Source: a virus. Taken from it: a stretch of 64,000 nucleotides of DNA. Every line of letters starts with the position of its first letter. Positions within the stretch are counted from its first letter, which is position 1. The position numbers and the translations under genes were made by a program. The notes beneath the pieces were generated by a model that was not told the DNA's origin, did no database searches, and saw nothing but the letters and a program-made list of their open reading frames with translations. The stretch covers positions 56,298 through 120,297 of IMG/VR virus record IMGVR_UViG_3300045988_170760. One strand, 5' to 3'. This document shows positions 30,439-40,850 of the stretch, piece after piece.

Positions 30439-33400
30439 ATGCCTAATAGAGTTATTGAATTAATGGATGATATGCATTTAAGTAGCCAAGCCATATTTAT
30501 GGATTATTATACTGCTATGCAAAATAATAACATCTCAAATGCAGCTAATATTTTAAAGAATAATCCTAGTGTAGCTAATCAAATTATGAATGCAGACAAT
30601 ATAAATATTTTATTAAATGAAACATATAGAAGGGAATTAACACCTAAAATTGATATAGATTACTTCTTAGAAGGTTTATTATCTGTATATCAAAAAATGA
30701 TAGATTATACAAGAGTAATGGGAGAATGGGATGCTAATACTCAATATAATGTTCATAACTTAGTTTATTATAATGAAAAAGCATACTATGTATATCCTAA
30801 TACTACTCCTCCTATAGGAACTCCTCCTACAGATACTCAATATTGGAAGGAATATGATATCAAAGGATTTCAAGGATATGGAGGAATAAATTTAAATTTC
30901 AAGTTTAATTGGGATAACACGCAAAGTTATAAGGTTGGAGATGTTGTAATATTTCAAAATAAAATGTGGTATGCGGTAGCTGATAATACAAATTACGAAC
31001 CAAATCTAAACCATTATCCTTGGGTGGTAATTTCTATGCCTAAATTACCAGCTAAAACTCCAATTCAAAGAGCCATACCAAATGGATATGATATAGGAGA
31101 TTTTTGGTTTCAAATAACTCAAGGAGATGAAGTTATTGTAACTACATGGGGGATTAGACAACCCGAACCAACTCCAAGATTTGCAAGTTCTGCTTTTTCT
31201 ATTGGAACAGATATATATATAGCAGGTGGTATTAAATCTAATTTTGATAGAACTAATGTAGTAGAAATGTTTGATACGGTTTTAGGTACGTGGTCTACAA
31301 AAGCAAACATGCCAACAATAAGAGCAAGAGCGGCTGGATTTAGTATTGGTAATAATGGATATTGTGTAGGAGGAATTGATGCTAATGGTACAGTACTTAA
31401 TATTAATGAGGTTTATGATAGTACTACAAATTCATGGTCTACAAAAACATCATATCCTATGCCTATAATTTCGTCTGGTGTTGCTACTGAAACATTAGGA
31501 TATATTATTGGTGGAGAAACAAATAATAATGTATTAACAGGAAGTGGATATTCTTATAATCCAACCTCTAATGCTTGGACTGAAATCATAGCCAAGCCAA
31601 CATTGACAAGAGGTCACACTTTAGCAACTGATGGGAATGTGATTTATGCCATTGGTGGAATAGATAACAATAAAAATACCTTAGGTATTAACGAAGCCTA
31701 TACGATTAGTTCAAATACTTGGTCTCAAAAAGATACTTTAGCTGTTCCAAGAAGTTATCTTGCTTCATTTGTCCAATCAGGAATGATATATGCTGTTGGA
31801 GGATTAAATTCAAGTTGGTATAGTGTAGATACAAATGAGAAATATGATATAGCCAATAATGAATGGATAACAGATATGCCTATGAATTATAAAAGAAGTA
31901 GTTTAAATGCTTTAGTATCAGGAACTAGGGGATTTGCTATTGGTGGAATTGATTTCGCAAATTCAGATATAAGAGGATATAATGAACAATATAATATAGA
32001 TGATATTCCATCAGATTTTGAAATGGTAATTGATACAACGTTGGATAGTACTGGCTCAAAGCAAGTTACAATTCCAACACCTGAGGGAGGAAATTATGAT
32101 TATTGGGTTGATTGGGGAGACGGATTGACTTCAACTAAAATAACTACTTATAATGACCCCCAAGCTACGCATACTTATGCTGAAGATGGAGAGTATAATA
32201 TAAAATTGATGGGAACTTTGGATAGATTGAAATTTACAGGTAATATTGCAAATGATTTAAAATCTGTAACTAAGTGTATTTTGAATTTTTCCACTATTAC
32301 AGATATGTTTAATACATGTTCAAATTTAGAAAGTGTTTGTGATGGAATATTTGACCAATCTATCAATGTTACGAATGCAAATAACACATTCAAAAATTGT
32401 GCTAAGTTAAAGACTATTCCTTTAGGATTATTTGATAATAACAATGTCATTACAGAATTTATAAGTACATTTGAAGGATGTGGAATAGTAAGTATTCCAA
32501 CAGGATTATTTAATGGTAACAATTTAGCGACTAATTTCAGTACTACTTTTTATAAATGTAGTGGTATTACTAGTATCCCTTCAGGCTTATTCAATAATAA
32601 TAAAAATGTCACAAATTTTTATGGAGTATTTTCTAGGTGTTTTAATTTGCAGTCTATCCCTGATGGATTATTTGCTAGTAACTCTCTAGTTGAAAATTTT
32701 TCTTATGCTTTTAATGTTTGTGAAAAAATAACTTCTATTCCATCTAATCTATTTGGTAATGCTAATGGTTCTGTGTTTAATTATAGTAATATGTTTTCTA
32801 ATTGTACGTCTTTAGTGACTATTCCAGAAGGATTGTTCCAATATGCACAAAATACAACTAATTATGATAATATATTTGCTAGTTGTCCTATTACTGCTAT
32901 TCCAAATAATTGTTTTAACGGAAATAATGCAAGTGTAGAAAATATATTTGATGTAACAAAGATTACATCTATTGGGGATAATGCATTAAAGGGCTTAGCA
33001 ATTCCAAGTGGATTTTTTCAAGGAGCTACATCATTGATAACAATAGGTAACAATATTTTTGATACAAATGTAACTGATATGCTTAATATGTTTAATGGAT
33101 GTAATAATTTAACTACATTAGGAAATATAGATATGAGCAATGTAACAACTATTGACTCTACAATGTTTAATAATTGTACAAATTTAGTAACTGTTAAAGG
33201 ATTTAAAGATAGAAATACTATGACTAATCCAACAATTAAAATGGACTTTAGTATGAGTAGTTGTCAATTTTTGAGTCATGATAGTTTAATAAACATTAGT
33301 GAGAGTTTAGTAACAATGACACCTACAACAAGAAAAACATTGTCATTACACTCAGATGCTTTATCTAAATTAAGTACAATTGAAAAATTGGATATTATAA

Positions 33401-35187
33401 ATAGATATTGGGACATAGAGGGATATAGTCCAACTTCAGATTTAAACCAAAATGTTGCTAATGAGCTAGTGCAAAGCATTTATGGAAATGCTAATACTGA
33501 GGCTCAAACTCATATAACGACCTCTCTATATTATTATGTAAAATTATTAAATAGTAGTTCAGGAGCTGTAATAGATGTTTATGCGGTAGATAAAAATACT
33601 GGAATAGTATATTTAGCAGATAATATACCACAATATGAATATATTATATATGGTGGAGTTTCTACTACGGACGAACAAACATTTTATGTTCCAAAAGGTA
33701 GTGATGGTGATACTACAGGAGCAATATTAAAACAAAATATTAACACAATTTTAACAGATAATCCAACCTATAAAATTATAGAATTTGGTTCTAAAAACAC
33801 TGGTAAGTTAAAAACTAAAAATTCTGGACTGGAACAGATTTCAAATGCTTCAGAATTGTTTAGTAAAACAAAAAATATAACTGAATTATATGTTCATGGA
33901 GATTTTAATCCTACAAATATGAGTAAAATGTTTGAAGGTTGTGCTACTTTAGAAAGAATATCATTCGACAACTTAAATAGTATCAACACTACTGATATGT
34001 CATTTTTATTTTCTGCTTGTTCTAATTTAACGAGTGTACCAAGTCTTGATACTACCAACTGTGTAGATATGCAATATATGTTTGCTAGTTGTTCTCATAT
34101 AGTAGATTGGTCATTTGTAAGTGAATGGAATACATCAAAGGTAATAAATATGAGCAATATGTTCCGAAGTTGTTTTGGTTTAACATCAATGCCTATTTTA
34201 AATATGTCAAGTGTAACTGATGCTAGTGAAATGTTTGAAAACTGTGCTAATATGACTAATATTGCACCTAATGTAATAGGTAATAAAGTACAAAATGCCG
34301 AAGGAATGTTTAGTGGCTGTATTAAATTAGATATTAAAAATATAACTGATTATACAACTATATTTGGTCGTAATGATAATTTAACTAATGTATCATATTT
34401 ATTTAGTGGATGTAGTTCTTTGAGTAATGTTGGAGAAGTAGCTTATGATGAAGTTGACCAAGTAGAATATACAGAATATGTTTTTAATACTACAAAAGCA
34501 CAAAATCAATTATTGGGTAAATGTGTAAATGTTGTTAACGCAAGTCATATGCTTGAAGGTACTAATATTGAAGATTTACCAATTGGTGTGTTTTATAATA
34601 ACCCTAATTTGGAAGATGTATCTTATGCGTTTGCTAATTGTAAAAATATGTATATGCACGCTGGTGGTGAGTCAGTAGGAGCCTTTGAAACTTATAATCA
34701 TTTGCTATCATCTAATTCTAAATTAAAAACCATTGAGGGATTATTTAGTGGATGTACCTCTTTAGAATATTTTGGAATAGAAACAATGGAAGGTACAGAT
34801 GGATTTTCTTCATTAGTAGAATTAGAAAATGCAAGTTATTTATATGCAGATAGCGGAATAGAAGATATGCTGTTTGGATTTGGGTTCCCAATACATTCTC
34901 CAAAACTAAAAGATATTAGTTATGCCTTAAAAGATTGTGGAATATATTTATTACCTCAATGGGCTTCTAGTAACAGCAATACTATATTCCCAGTATTAGA
35001 AACATGTAAAGGATTATTCTATAATTGTAGTTCAATAGGGCTATTTGATTACGGAGAAGAACAAACTAATGCTATGCCTTTTATAAATTCTATCAAAACA
35101 TTGGGAAGTTTCAAAGATGGAAGTCAATGTTTCTATAACTGTACAAATATAAAAGATTATAATACTATTCCAGCAGACTGGAAGTAA
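30439..35187 (+). CDS. Giant receptor-binding-type protein: fibre N-terminus + Kelch beta-propeller + BspA-type LRR / DUF285 repeats
   Basis: About 6 Kelch-like units (..IYAIGGID..N.....YD...N.W..). Dozens of F..C..L.SIP.GLF units follow, plus WNTSKVINMSNMF-type DUF285 units. Confidence 0.75.
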   Translation: MPNRVIELMDDMHLSSQAIFMDYYTAMQNNNISNAANILKNNPSVANQIMNADNINILLNETYRRELTPKIDIDYFLEGLLSVYQKMIDYTRVMGEWDANTQYNVHNLVYYNEKAYYVYPNTTPPIGTPPTDTQYWKEYDIKGFQGYGGINLNFKFNWDNTQSYKVGDVVIFQNKMWYAVADNTNYEPNLNHYPWVVISMPKLPAKTPIQRAIPNGYDIGDFWFQITQGDEVIVTTWGIRQPEPTPRFASSAFSIGTDIYIAGGIKSNFDRTNVVEMFDTVLGTWSTKANMPTIRARAAGFSIGNNGYCVGGIDANGTVLNINEVYDSTTNSWSTKTSYPMPIISSGVATETLGYIIGGETNNNVLTGSGYSYNPTSNAWTEIIAKPTLTRGHTLATDGNVIYAIGGIDNNKNTLGINEAYTISSNTWSQKDTLAVPRSYLASFVQSGMIYAVGGLNSSWYSVDTNEKYDIANNEWITDMPMNYKRSSLNALVSGTRGFAIGGIDFANSDIRGYNEQYNIDDIPSDFEMVIDTTLDSTGSKQVTIPTPEGGNYDYWVDWGDGLTSTKITTYNDPQATHTYAEDGEYNIKLMGTLDRLKFTGNIANDLKSVTKCILNFSTITDMFNTCSNLESVCDGIFDQSINVTNANNTFKNCAKLKTIPLGLFDNNNVITEFISTFEGCGIVSIPTGLFNGNNLATNFSTTFYKCSGITSIPSGLFNNNKNVTNFYGVFSRCFNLQSIPDGLFASNSLVENFSYAFNVCEKITSIPSNLFGNANGSVFNYSNMFSNCTSLVTIPEGLFQYAQNTTNYDNIFASCPITAIPNNCFNGNNASVENIFDVTKITSIGDNALKGLAIPSGFFQGATSLITIGNNIFDTNVTDMLNMFNGCNNLTTLGNIDMSNVTTIDSTMFNNCTNLVTVKGFKDRNTMTNPTIKMDFSMSSCQFLSHDSLINISESLVTMTPTTRKTLSLHSDALSKLSTIEKLDIINRYWDIEGYSPTSDLNQNVANELVQSIYGNANTEAQTHITTSLYYYVKLLNSSSGAVIDVYAVDKNTGIVYLADNIPQYEYIIYGGVSTTDEQTFYVPKGSDGDTTGAILKQNINTILTDNPTYKIIEFGSKNTGKLKTKNSGLEQISNASELFSKTKNITELYVHGDFNPTNMSKMFEGCATLERISFDNLNSINTTDMSFLFSACSNLTSVPSLDTTNCVDMQYMFASCSHIVDWSFVSEWNTSKVINMSNMFRSCFGLTSMPILNMSSVTDASEMFENCANMTNIAPNVIGNKVQNAEGMFSGCIKLDIKNITDYTTIFGRNDNLTNVSYLFSGCSSLSNVGEVAYDEVDQVEYTEYVFNTTKAQNQLLGKCVNVVNASHMLEGTNIEDLPIGVFYNNPNLEDVSYAFANCKNMYMHAGGESVGAFETYNHLLSSNSKLKTIEGLFSGCTSLEYFGIETMEGTDGFSSLVELENASYLYADSGIEDMLFGFGFPIHSPKLKDISYALKDCGIYLLPQWASSNSNTIFPVLETCKGLFYNCSSIGLFDYGEEQTNAMPFINSIKTLGSFKDGSQCFYNCTNIKDYNTIPADWK

Positions 35188-35193
35188 AAGAAT

Positions 35194-35222
35194 GAGAGAG
35201 TTGAAATATACTCTCTCTTATA
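35194..35222 (+). terminator. Probable terminator
   Basis: 8-bp stem gagagagt/actctctc, then ttatat (weak T tract). Confidence 0.45.
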
Positions 35223-35239
35223 TAAAAGGAGAGAGATAA

Positions 35240-35644
35240 ATGATTAATGAAAATGGTATTTTGCAATATTTTCAAGAAAGAGGAATAAATACTTCTTTAG
35301 AAGAAATTAACAAATTAGTGTTTAGCGAAGATAGAGAAAGCATTACAAGTACACAAAATAAGAGATTTAAGTATGAAATTTGGGACAAAAAGTCAAGCAT
35401 TAATGGGGTAGATGCTAAGGATATAATAAAAAGTAGAAACTATACTATTGGTCAAGCATATTTAATATACATAGATGATGCTTTGGTATATTTTCAAGAC
35501 CATAACCCAGAAAAAAGTGGATATGTAAAAATGAATAAAAGCGAAGCTGAGAAATTGGCTCAAGATTTTATAAATAAGAAAGTTGAAGAATATACAGATA
35601 ATATTATTATAGATAAAGTGATGCAAGAAATATTATCTAAATAG
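35240..35644 (+). CDS. Hypothetical protein
   Basis: RBS aaaaggagagag. 134 aa. Confidence 0.5.
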   Translation: MINENGILQYFQERGINTSLEEINKLVFSEDRESITSTQNKRFKYEIWDKKSSINGVDAKDIIKSRNYTIGQAYLIYIDDALVYFQDHNPEKSGYVKMNKSEAEKLAQDFINKKVEEYTDNIIIDKVMQEILSK

Positions 35645-35659
35645 AAAGGAAGGTTATAT

Positions 35660-36433
35660 ATGGCAAAAAATATTATAATGCAGGTACTTACAAGTGCAGG
35701 ATATGAACCTATGTACCCATTCAATCCAAGACAAGTATTAAATGGAACATTTTTAACAAGCAGTACAAACACTCAGTATAATATTACGATTACAGGTGTT
35801 CCAGTTCCTTTAACTAATACTTTTGGTAATGATATGGGAATAATATCATTTATTCCTACTGTCAATAATATGGATAATATTACTTTATCTATAAATGGAG
35901 ATACAGCAAGACCAATATTATTTGCAGATGGAACAACTGTAAGAGCAAATACGCTTGTTTCAGGAAGGAATGTTTTATTAAGATATTATAATAATAATTT
36001 TTATTTATTATTAGACAAAAATCAAATAGGATTAGGAAATGTTGAGAATGTTTCTCCAGCAGATATGCCTATATCAACAGCTGTGACAAATGCATTAAAT
36101 AGTAAATTGAATACACCCGTTGCAATTCCTAGAAATGCAAACTTAAATAGTTATAGGACAGCTGGATTATATTACAATGCTTCTAATACTGATGCTGCAA
36201 CAATTATTAATATACCTGTTCAACAATCGTTTAGTTTATTTGTTGAAGTTCATGCTGGCGTAAAACAAACTTTTACTAATTATTCTACATCAGGAATTCA
36301 AACATGGGTAAGAAATTATTATAACGGGACATGGAGTCAATGGTATCAACAAGCTTTTGTTTTATATGGTAATAGTGAACCAAATCCTACAATAGGAATG
36401 AATGGGAATTTATATTTAAAGATTAATAGTTAG
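35660..36433 (+). CDS. Tail fibre protein with pyocin-knob-like C-terminal domain
   Basis: NANLNSYRTAGLYYN....IINIP......LFVEV.....QTFTNY...IQTWVRNYYNGTWSQW matches the remembered knob-domain pattern. Confidence 0.55.
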   Translation: MAKNIIMQVLTSAGYEPMYPFNPRQVLNGTFLTSSTNTQYNITITGVPVPLTNTFGNDMGIISFIPTVNNMDNITLSINGDTARPILFADGTTVRANTLVSGRNVLLRYYNNNFYLLLDKNQIGLGNVENVSPADMPISTAVTNALNSKLNTPVAIPRNANLNSYRTAGLYYNASNTDAATIINIPVQQSFSLFVEVHAGVKQTFTNYSTSGIQTWVRNYYNGTWSQWYQQAFVLYGNSEPNPTIGMNGNLYLKINS

Positions 36434-36446
36434 GAGGAATATATAA

Positions 36447-37619
36447 ATGAGTTATTATAATTCATGGAGTTATACTGCTCCTAGTGGTACAGCAGAAGTG
36501 TGGATAGATGCCACAAGAAATGGGGTAAATGTCACTGTAAATGCTACTATTAAATGTACATTCCGTTATAGCAATGATTATATTGCCTATAATGGAGAAA
36601 TTAATTTTAATATGTGGAGAGATGCTAATAATGCTAGTGCTACCATAAAAGGATATTATGATAGATGGTATGCTACCAATGAATGGTCAAGAACTAGGAC
36701 TTGTTCTATGACATTTCCATGGTATGGGAATGATATGGTATTAGGATTTAATATGACAGTCCCACCAGGGAATTCTAGGTTTTCTATTCCTAATACTGAG
36801 ATTACTTTAGATGTACCAGATTATATTGCACCTGGTGCTCCTGCATGGTGTAATATTTCGCCAAATCCTTGTGCAATTAATGCAGCTCCTACTATTACAT
36901 GGGGAGGAGCTACAGCAGGTAGTAGTGGAAGAATATTATATGATGTGGAAGTAAGGTCTTCTACTCCAACAGGTGGTTGGACAAATTGGCTAAGAATATC
37001 AAATAGCCAAACAGGAACTTCTTATCAAGAAATTGTTCTTAGTGGAATGAGTGTTAATGGACAGAAGCCATTTGCAGGAGTAAAATATCAATATAGGATT
37101 AGAGTATGGGATGGAGTCCAGTCAGCATCTGGATGGATTAATAGTCCTGAGTTAGTTGTAGGTTTTGTTGCTCCAAGTCCACCTACTTCATACACATTAA
37201 GTGACAGTAGTATAAAAAAAGATGGAAGTATCACAATAACATGGTCAGGAGCTTCTGGAGGAGCAGGTTCAATTGTAAGATATTATTTAGATTGGCGTAT
37301 TTACAATCACAATACAAAAAAATGGACAGATTGGGATAGATTAGATACTACTAACACTAATTATATATTTAATATGTTAGATTATTATCAAAATGCCACA
37401 AATGGAGACCAATTACAATTTAGAATAAGTGTTCTTAATAGCTGGAATGTTCCAAGTGATTATTTAACAATACCAGCAATACCAGTCCGTGGCAATCAAA
37501 TGTGGATAAAAATAAACGGAAACTGGGTAGAAGGTGATACTTATTTAAAAGTTAATGGAGCGTGGGTAGAAGCAACACCATATATAAAGGTAAATAATGT
37601 TTGGTATGAGACCACATAG
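36447..37619 (+). CDS. Structural protein with FN3-like repeats
   Basis: Two W..P....(G/S)....Y.V(R) FN3-like units. C-terminal WIKINGNWVE / YLKVNGAWVE / YIKVNNVWYE triplet. Confidence 0.5.
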   Translation: MSYYNSWSYTAPSGTAEVWIDATRNGVNVTVNATIKCTFRYSNDYIAYNGEINFNMWRDANNASATIKGYYDRWYATNEWSRTRTCSMTFPWYGNDMVLGFNMTVPPGNSRFSIPNTEITLDVPDYIAPGAPAWCNISPNPCAINAAPTITWGGATAGSSGRILYDVEVRSSTPTGGWTNWLRISNSQTGTSYQEIVLSGMSVNGQKPFAGVKYQYRIRVWDGVQSASGWINSPELVVGFVAPSPPTSYTLSDSSIKKDGSITITWSGASGGAGSIVRYYLDWRIYNHNTKKWTDWDRLDTTNTNYIFNMLDYYQNATNGDQLQFRISVLNSWNVPSDYLTIPAIPVRGNQMWIKINGNWVEGDTYLKVNGAWVEATPYIKVNNVWYETT

Positions 37620-37633
37620 GAGGGAACTAAAAG

Positions 37634-37794
37634 ATGGAAACCAAAAAATATTTAGATAATGAAGGACTTCAGCATTATAGCAATGAACTTAAAAGCAAGT
37701 TATAATATCTACTGAAGTAAGAAAAATTGTTATAGTTGATGAGTATCCTCCTGAAGAAGAAGAGGGTACTTTATATTTAAAAGTAATTCAGTAA
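37634..37794 (+). pseudogene. Collapsed tail-fibre remnant (N-terminal and C-terminal fragments in two frames)
   Basis: RBS aggaggg + METKKYLDNEGLQHYSNELKSKL* mimics the fibre N-termini at 9673 and 10685. A second frame reads ..IVIVDEYPPEEEEGTLYLKVIQ*, like the IVAKLPQSGVKGTIYLVP part of the 9673 gene. Confidence 0.35.
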
Positions 37795-37901
37795 TATAAT
37801 TAATAAGATTAATATAGGGTTTAGATGAAATATTAAAGGAGTGTTATACTATGGTGATAATTTCTTTAATATATATATATATAACGATTTGAGGTGATAT
37901 T

Positions 37902-39125
37902 ATGGCACCTCAAATTAGAATAGCCGATATGCACTATAATAAATATATCATATATGAAGCTAAAGTGAATAATAAAATTGTTTATAGAAAACAACAGCCA
38001 ACAGAAGAATTGGAAAATATTATATATAATGCGGACTTTAGGTTTGGAACAGATGGATTTAGGAGATTTGGGAATGCGACTATTCAAGAAATCTCTGATG
38101 GATGGCTAATATGGATTAAACAACTCATTTCTAATTCTAACACTTATACTTTATCTACATTTACTAAAAAATTAATTCCAGAACATATATATTATGGAAG
38201 ATGTGAATTTAATGTTGTAGAAGAAGGGAAGTATTTTAATGGACAAATACAATTAAATGCACCTAATATCTATTATAATTCAAAGACTATACAAGCAACC
38301 GAAAGTAATATTGCACAAGTTTCTGGCATATTTCATGTTACAGAGCAATATAGATTGTTCTTAAATATGAATAGTGGTACCGAAAATTTAGAAACTTTAT
38401 TTAGATTGAGAAATCCAATGTTTATTGATGTAACTGAATTGATAAATAGTGGTTTAACAGAAGAACAAGTAAAAGAAAAGCTAGATAATACTGCATTTTT
38501 CCCAGATAAAACTCCACCGTCATATATTAAAATACAAGTATTTAATAAAAATAATCCATCTTATATAGGAGTTAATAGTACAGGTACAGTAAGAATAAGT
38601 GCTACTTTTAATACTAATTTATCTATGTTGCCTACATTAACTATAGGAAACCAAAGTACTATAATGACAGAAACTTCAGATGGTAAAGGTGGAGTAATAT
38701 ATCAAGCAGATATAACATTATCTCCTAATAATATCATGACAGAAGGTAAATTACAATTTACTATAAGTGGATATGCTGATAGGAATGGTAATGTTGGAGA
38801 AGTTATAACACAAGAAAATGCATCTAATTCTTTAATATATGATAATACTCCTCCTGTTATCACTATAAAAACAGGTATAGATGAAACTGTTGGAGATATA
38901 GATACTAATACATTTAGTAAAGTAAGTTTCAAATTATATGATAATATGGGTATTCAAGAATATGAATTAAATGGTCAAATAGGTAGATTATCTGTATCAC
39001 AATGGAGTGATATAAATAATATAACTACAAATTTTAAAGGTGCCCTTATAGGGGATAATATATTAATAGTGAGGGATATAGCAGGAAATGAAGCAACATA
39101 TGAATTTAAATTGGTGGAAAGTTAA
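37902..39125 (+). CDS. Hypothetical structural protein
   Basis: RBS gaggtg. 407 aa. C-terminal half appears beta-rich. Confidence 0.5.
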   Translation: MAPQIRIADMHYNKYIIYEAKVNNKIVYRKQQPTEELENIIYNADFRFGTDGFRRFGNATIQEISDGWLIWIKQLISNSNTYTLSTFTKKLIPEHIYYGRCEFNVVEEGKYFNGQIQLNAPNIYYNSKTIQATESNIAQVSGIFHVTEQYRLFLNMNSGTENLETLFRLRNPMFIDVTELINSGLTEEQVKEKLDNTAFFPDKTPPSYIKIQVFNKNNPSYIGVNSTGTVRISATFNTNLSMLPTLTIGNQSTIMTETSDGKGGVIYQADITLSPNNIMTEGKLQFTISGYADRNGNVGEVITQENASNSLIYDNTPPVITIKTGIDETVGDIDTNTFSKVSFKLYDNMGIQEYELNGQIGRLSVSQWSDINNITTNFKGALIGDNILIVRDIAGNEATYEFKLVES

Positions 39126-39228
39126 ATTGAAATATATTTTAAAGTTTATAATTAAAATATTAATGTCTTTAATTTGTTTAACATTACTAAATTTATTCAT
39201 ATAAATAAAAATGAAAGGAGTTAGTTAG

Positions 39229-39555
39229 ATGAAGCAATTAAAGTTTTTAAAAACTATTTCTTTAGAAGGTAAACCAATATGGTACAAAGATTGCTCTTAT
39301 GAAGTAATAAGCGAAGGAGAAGCTTCTCAAGGTAGAGGTATGTATAAATTATTTTGTGAGGATTTACAATTGAGAGGCATAGATACCATATTGGAAGATA
39401 ACTTTTATAGAGTAATAGAAGTTCAAAATAATAAACAGACAAAAGGAAATATTATAATTGAAAACAATAAAAATGTTTCTTTTTCAGATAAAGATGTAAC
39501 AAAAATCAAAACATCAAAAACGACAAACAAAAAGAAAAAAGCTACAAAAAATTAA
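39229..39555 (+). CDS. Hypothetical protein with Lys-rich tail
   Basis: RBS aaaggag. 108 aa. Last + strand gene. Confidence 0.5.
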   Translation: MKQLKFLKTISLEGKPIWYKDCSYEVISEGEASQGRGMYKLFCEDLQLRGIDTILEDNFYRVIEVQNNKQTKGNIIIENNKNVSFSDKDVTKIKTSKTTNKKKKATKN

Positions 39556-39617
39556 GCTTTACGTTAGGTTTTAAAGGACTTTTATTATATGAGGTATATA
39601 CTTATATGCCTAAAATT

Positions 39618-39650
39618 AGAGAGAATATTGATTTATTCTCTCTTTTTTTA
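39618..39650. terminator. Bidirectional terminator at the convergence of the two arms
   Basis: 9-bp stem agagagaat/attctctct. T6 follows on the + strand and an A/T-rich tail on the other. Confidence 0.7.
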
Positions 39651-39652
39651 TC

Positions 39653-39850
39653 CTAAATATGTTTTTCTAAAAAAAACTTTTTTAGTTCTTCTTCCATTTC
39701 ATCTTCTTCATAAAAGAATGGGTCTCTTGGGAGTTGACCTAAAAAATTCATCATTAATTGTCCAAATCTCCAATCTGGTACTTTATTCCAGCACTCTTCT
39801 AAGACACTTAAGAATGGTTTTATTCTATCTGGGCTTCTCATAATAATCAA
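39653..39850 (-). CDS. Hypothetical protein
   Basis: 65 aa. RBS aaggag upstream. Preferred over the overlapping + ORF 39589..39843, which spans the terminator. Confidence 0.5.
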   Translation of the reverse strand: MIIMRSPDRIKPFLSVLEECWNKVPDWRFGQLMMNFLGQLPRDPFFYEEDEMEEELKKFFLEKHI

Positions 39851-39855
39851 CTCCT

Positions 39856-40377
39856 TTAGTTGTATCTCATATATTTGTTTAACTCAATATTAACATTGTC
39901 TTGTTCTTTTAATCTATTACTGTCTATCTTATATATATTTAAATATCCATCAATATAATTATATCCTGGCTTATTATTAAAAAATATCTCTAATACATTT
40001 TCTTCAATATCATCTATTTCGTATGTGTTTATCATAGGTTCAGAGCTACAATCATATTCGTATGAAGTGAATATATTTAATTCAGTATATTTATTACATA
40101 ACTCATCTATATATTCAAATAAATTTTCTTTTTCATTAACTAATCCCATACATTTGTCATATTCTTTTTCTGTGATAGGAATTGTCTTTTTAAAGAAAGC
40201 AAAATGTCCATAACTTTCATAATCTAATTCAAATCTAAAATATATTTCTAAACAAGGTACTTTTTCTTCTTTATAAAGTTTGTCTTTTTTTAAAATCCAA
40301 CCATTATTTTGGGCTTCTTTTATTAATTCCTTTTGTTTTCTGTATAATTCTTGAAGTTCATTATTATAGTTTTTCAT
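39856..40377 (-). CDS. Hypothetical protein
   Basis: 173-aa ORF. Its start overlaps the upstream stop (ATGA). Confidence 0.5.
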   Translation of the reverse strand: MKNYNNELQELYRKQKELIKEAQNNGWILKKDKLYKEEKVPCLEIYFRFELDYESYGHFAFFKKTIPITEKEYDKCMGLVNEKENLFEYIDELCNKYTELNIFTSYEYDCSSEPMINTYEIDDIEENVLEIFFNNKPGYNYIDGYLNIYKIDSNRLKEQDNVNIELNKYMRYN

Positions 40378-40850
40378 TTAGCTTCCTCCTTTATATAACA
40401 TTCTCCTATACAAATTGCATCACATATATCATCTATATCTTCATTAATTTTATATTTTTCTTTTACATAAGTAATTGTTGCTTCTTTTTTTTCTTTTCTA
40501 TTTAATTTGGAACTATTTGATAACCCTAAGACTTTTCTCCAGTGTGTAGGTCTAATTGTAGTACATTTAATATTTTTTTGAAAACATAAAAGCTCTATTA
40601 AAAATTGTAATCCCATTAAAGATTTAGCAGTTGGTGCACTTAGTGTTATTTGTATATTTTCTAATGCTATATCATTCGGTTTATATTTTTCTATCAATAT
40701 ATTTATTTCATTTATTATGTTGTTAACCCTTTCTAATACATTTTTACTATTTTGCTCAATAACACCATAATCTATTAGTTCTGAGTTTTTAAATATAGCA
40801 TAACCTGTACTCTTTGTACTCTCATCAAATGCAATTACTGTTTTGTTCAA
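40374..40850 (-). CDS. RuvC-like Holliday junction resolvase
   Basis: IAFDESTKSTGYAIF, IALENIQ and DICDAICIG match the RuvC catalytic D-E-D-D layout. Confidence 0.75.
   Translation of the reverse strand: MNKTVIAFDESTKSTGYAIFKNSELIDYGVIEQNSKNVLERVNNIINEINILIEKYKPNDIALENIQITLSAPTAKSLMGLQFLIELLCFQKNIKCTTIRPTHWRKVLGLSNSSKLNRKEKKEATITYVKEKYKINEDIDDICDAICIGECYIKEEAK

Noticed and set aside
39589-39843. + strand 84-aa ORF at the arm junction.
   Set aside because: It runs through the bidirectional terminator hairpin and lacks an RBS. The overlapping minus-strand ORF 39653..39850 has an RBS and a protein-like composition.
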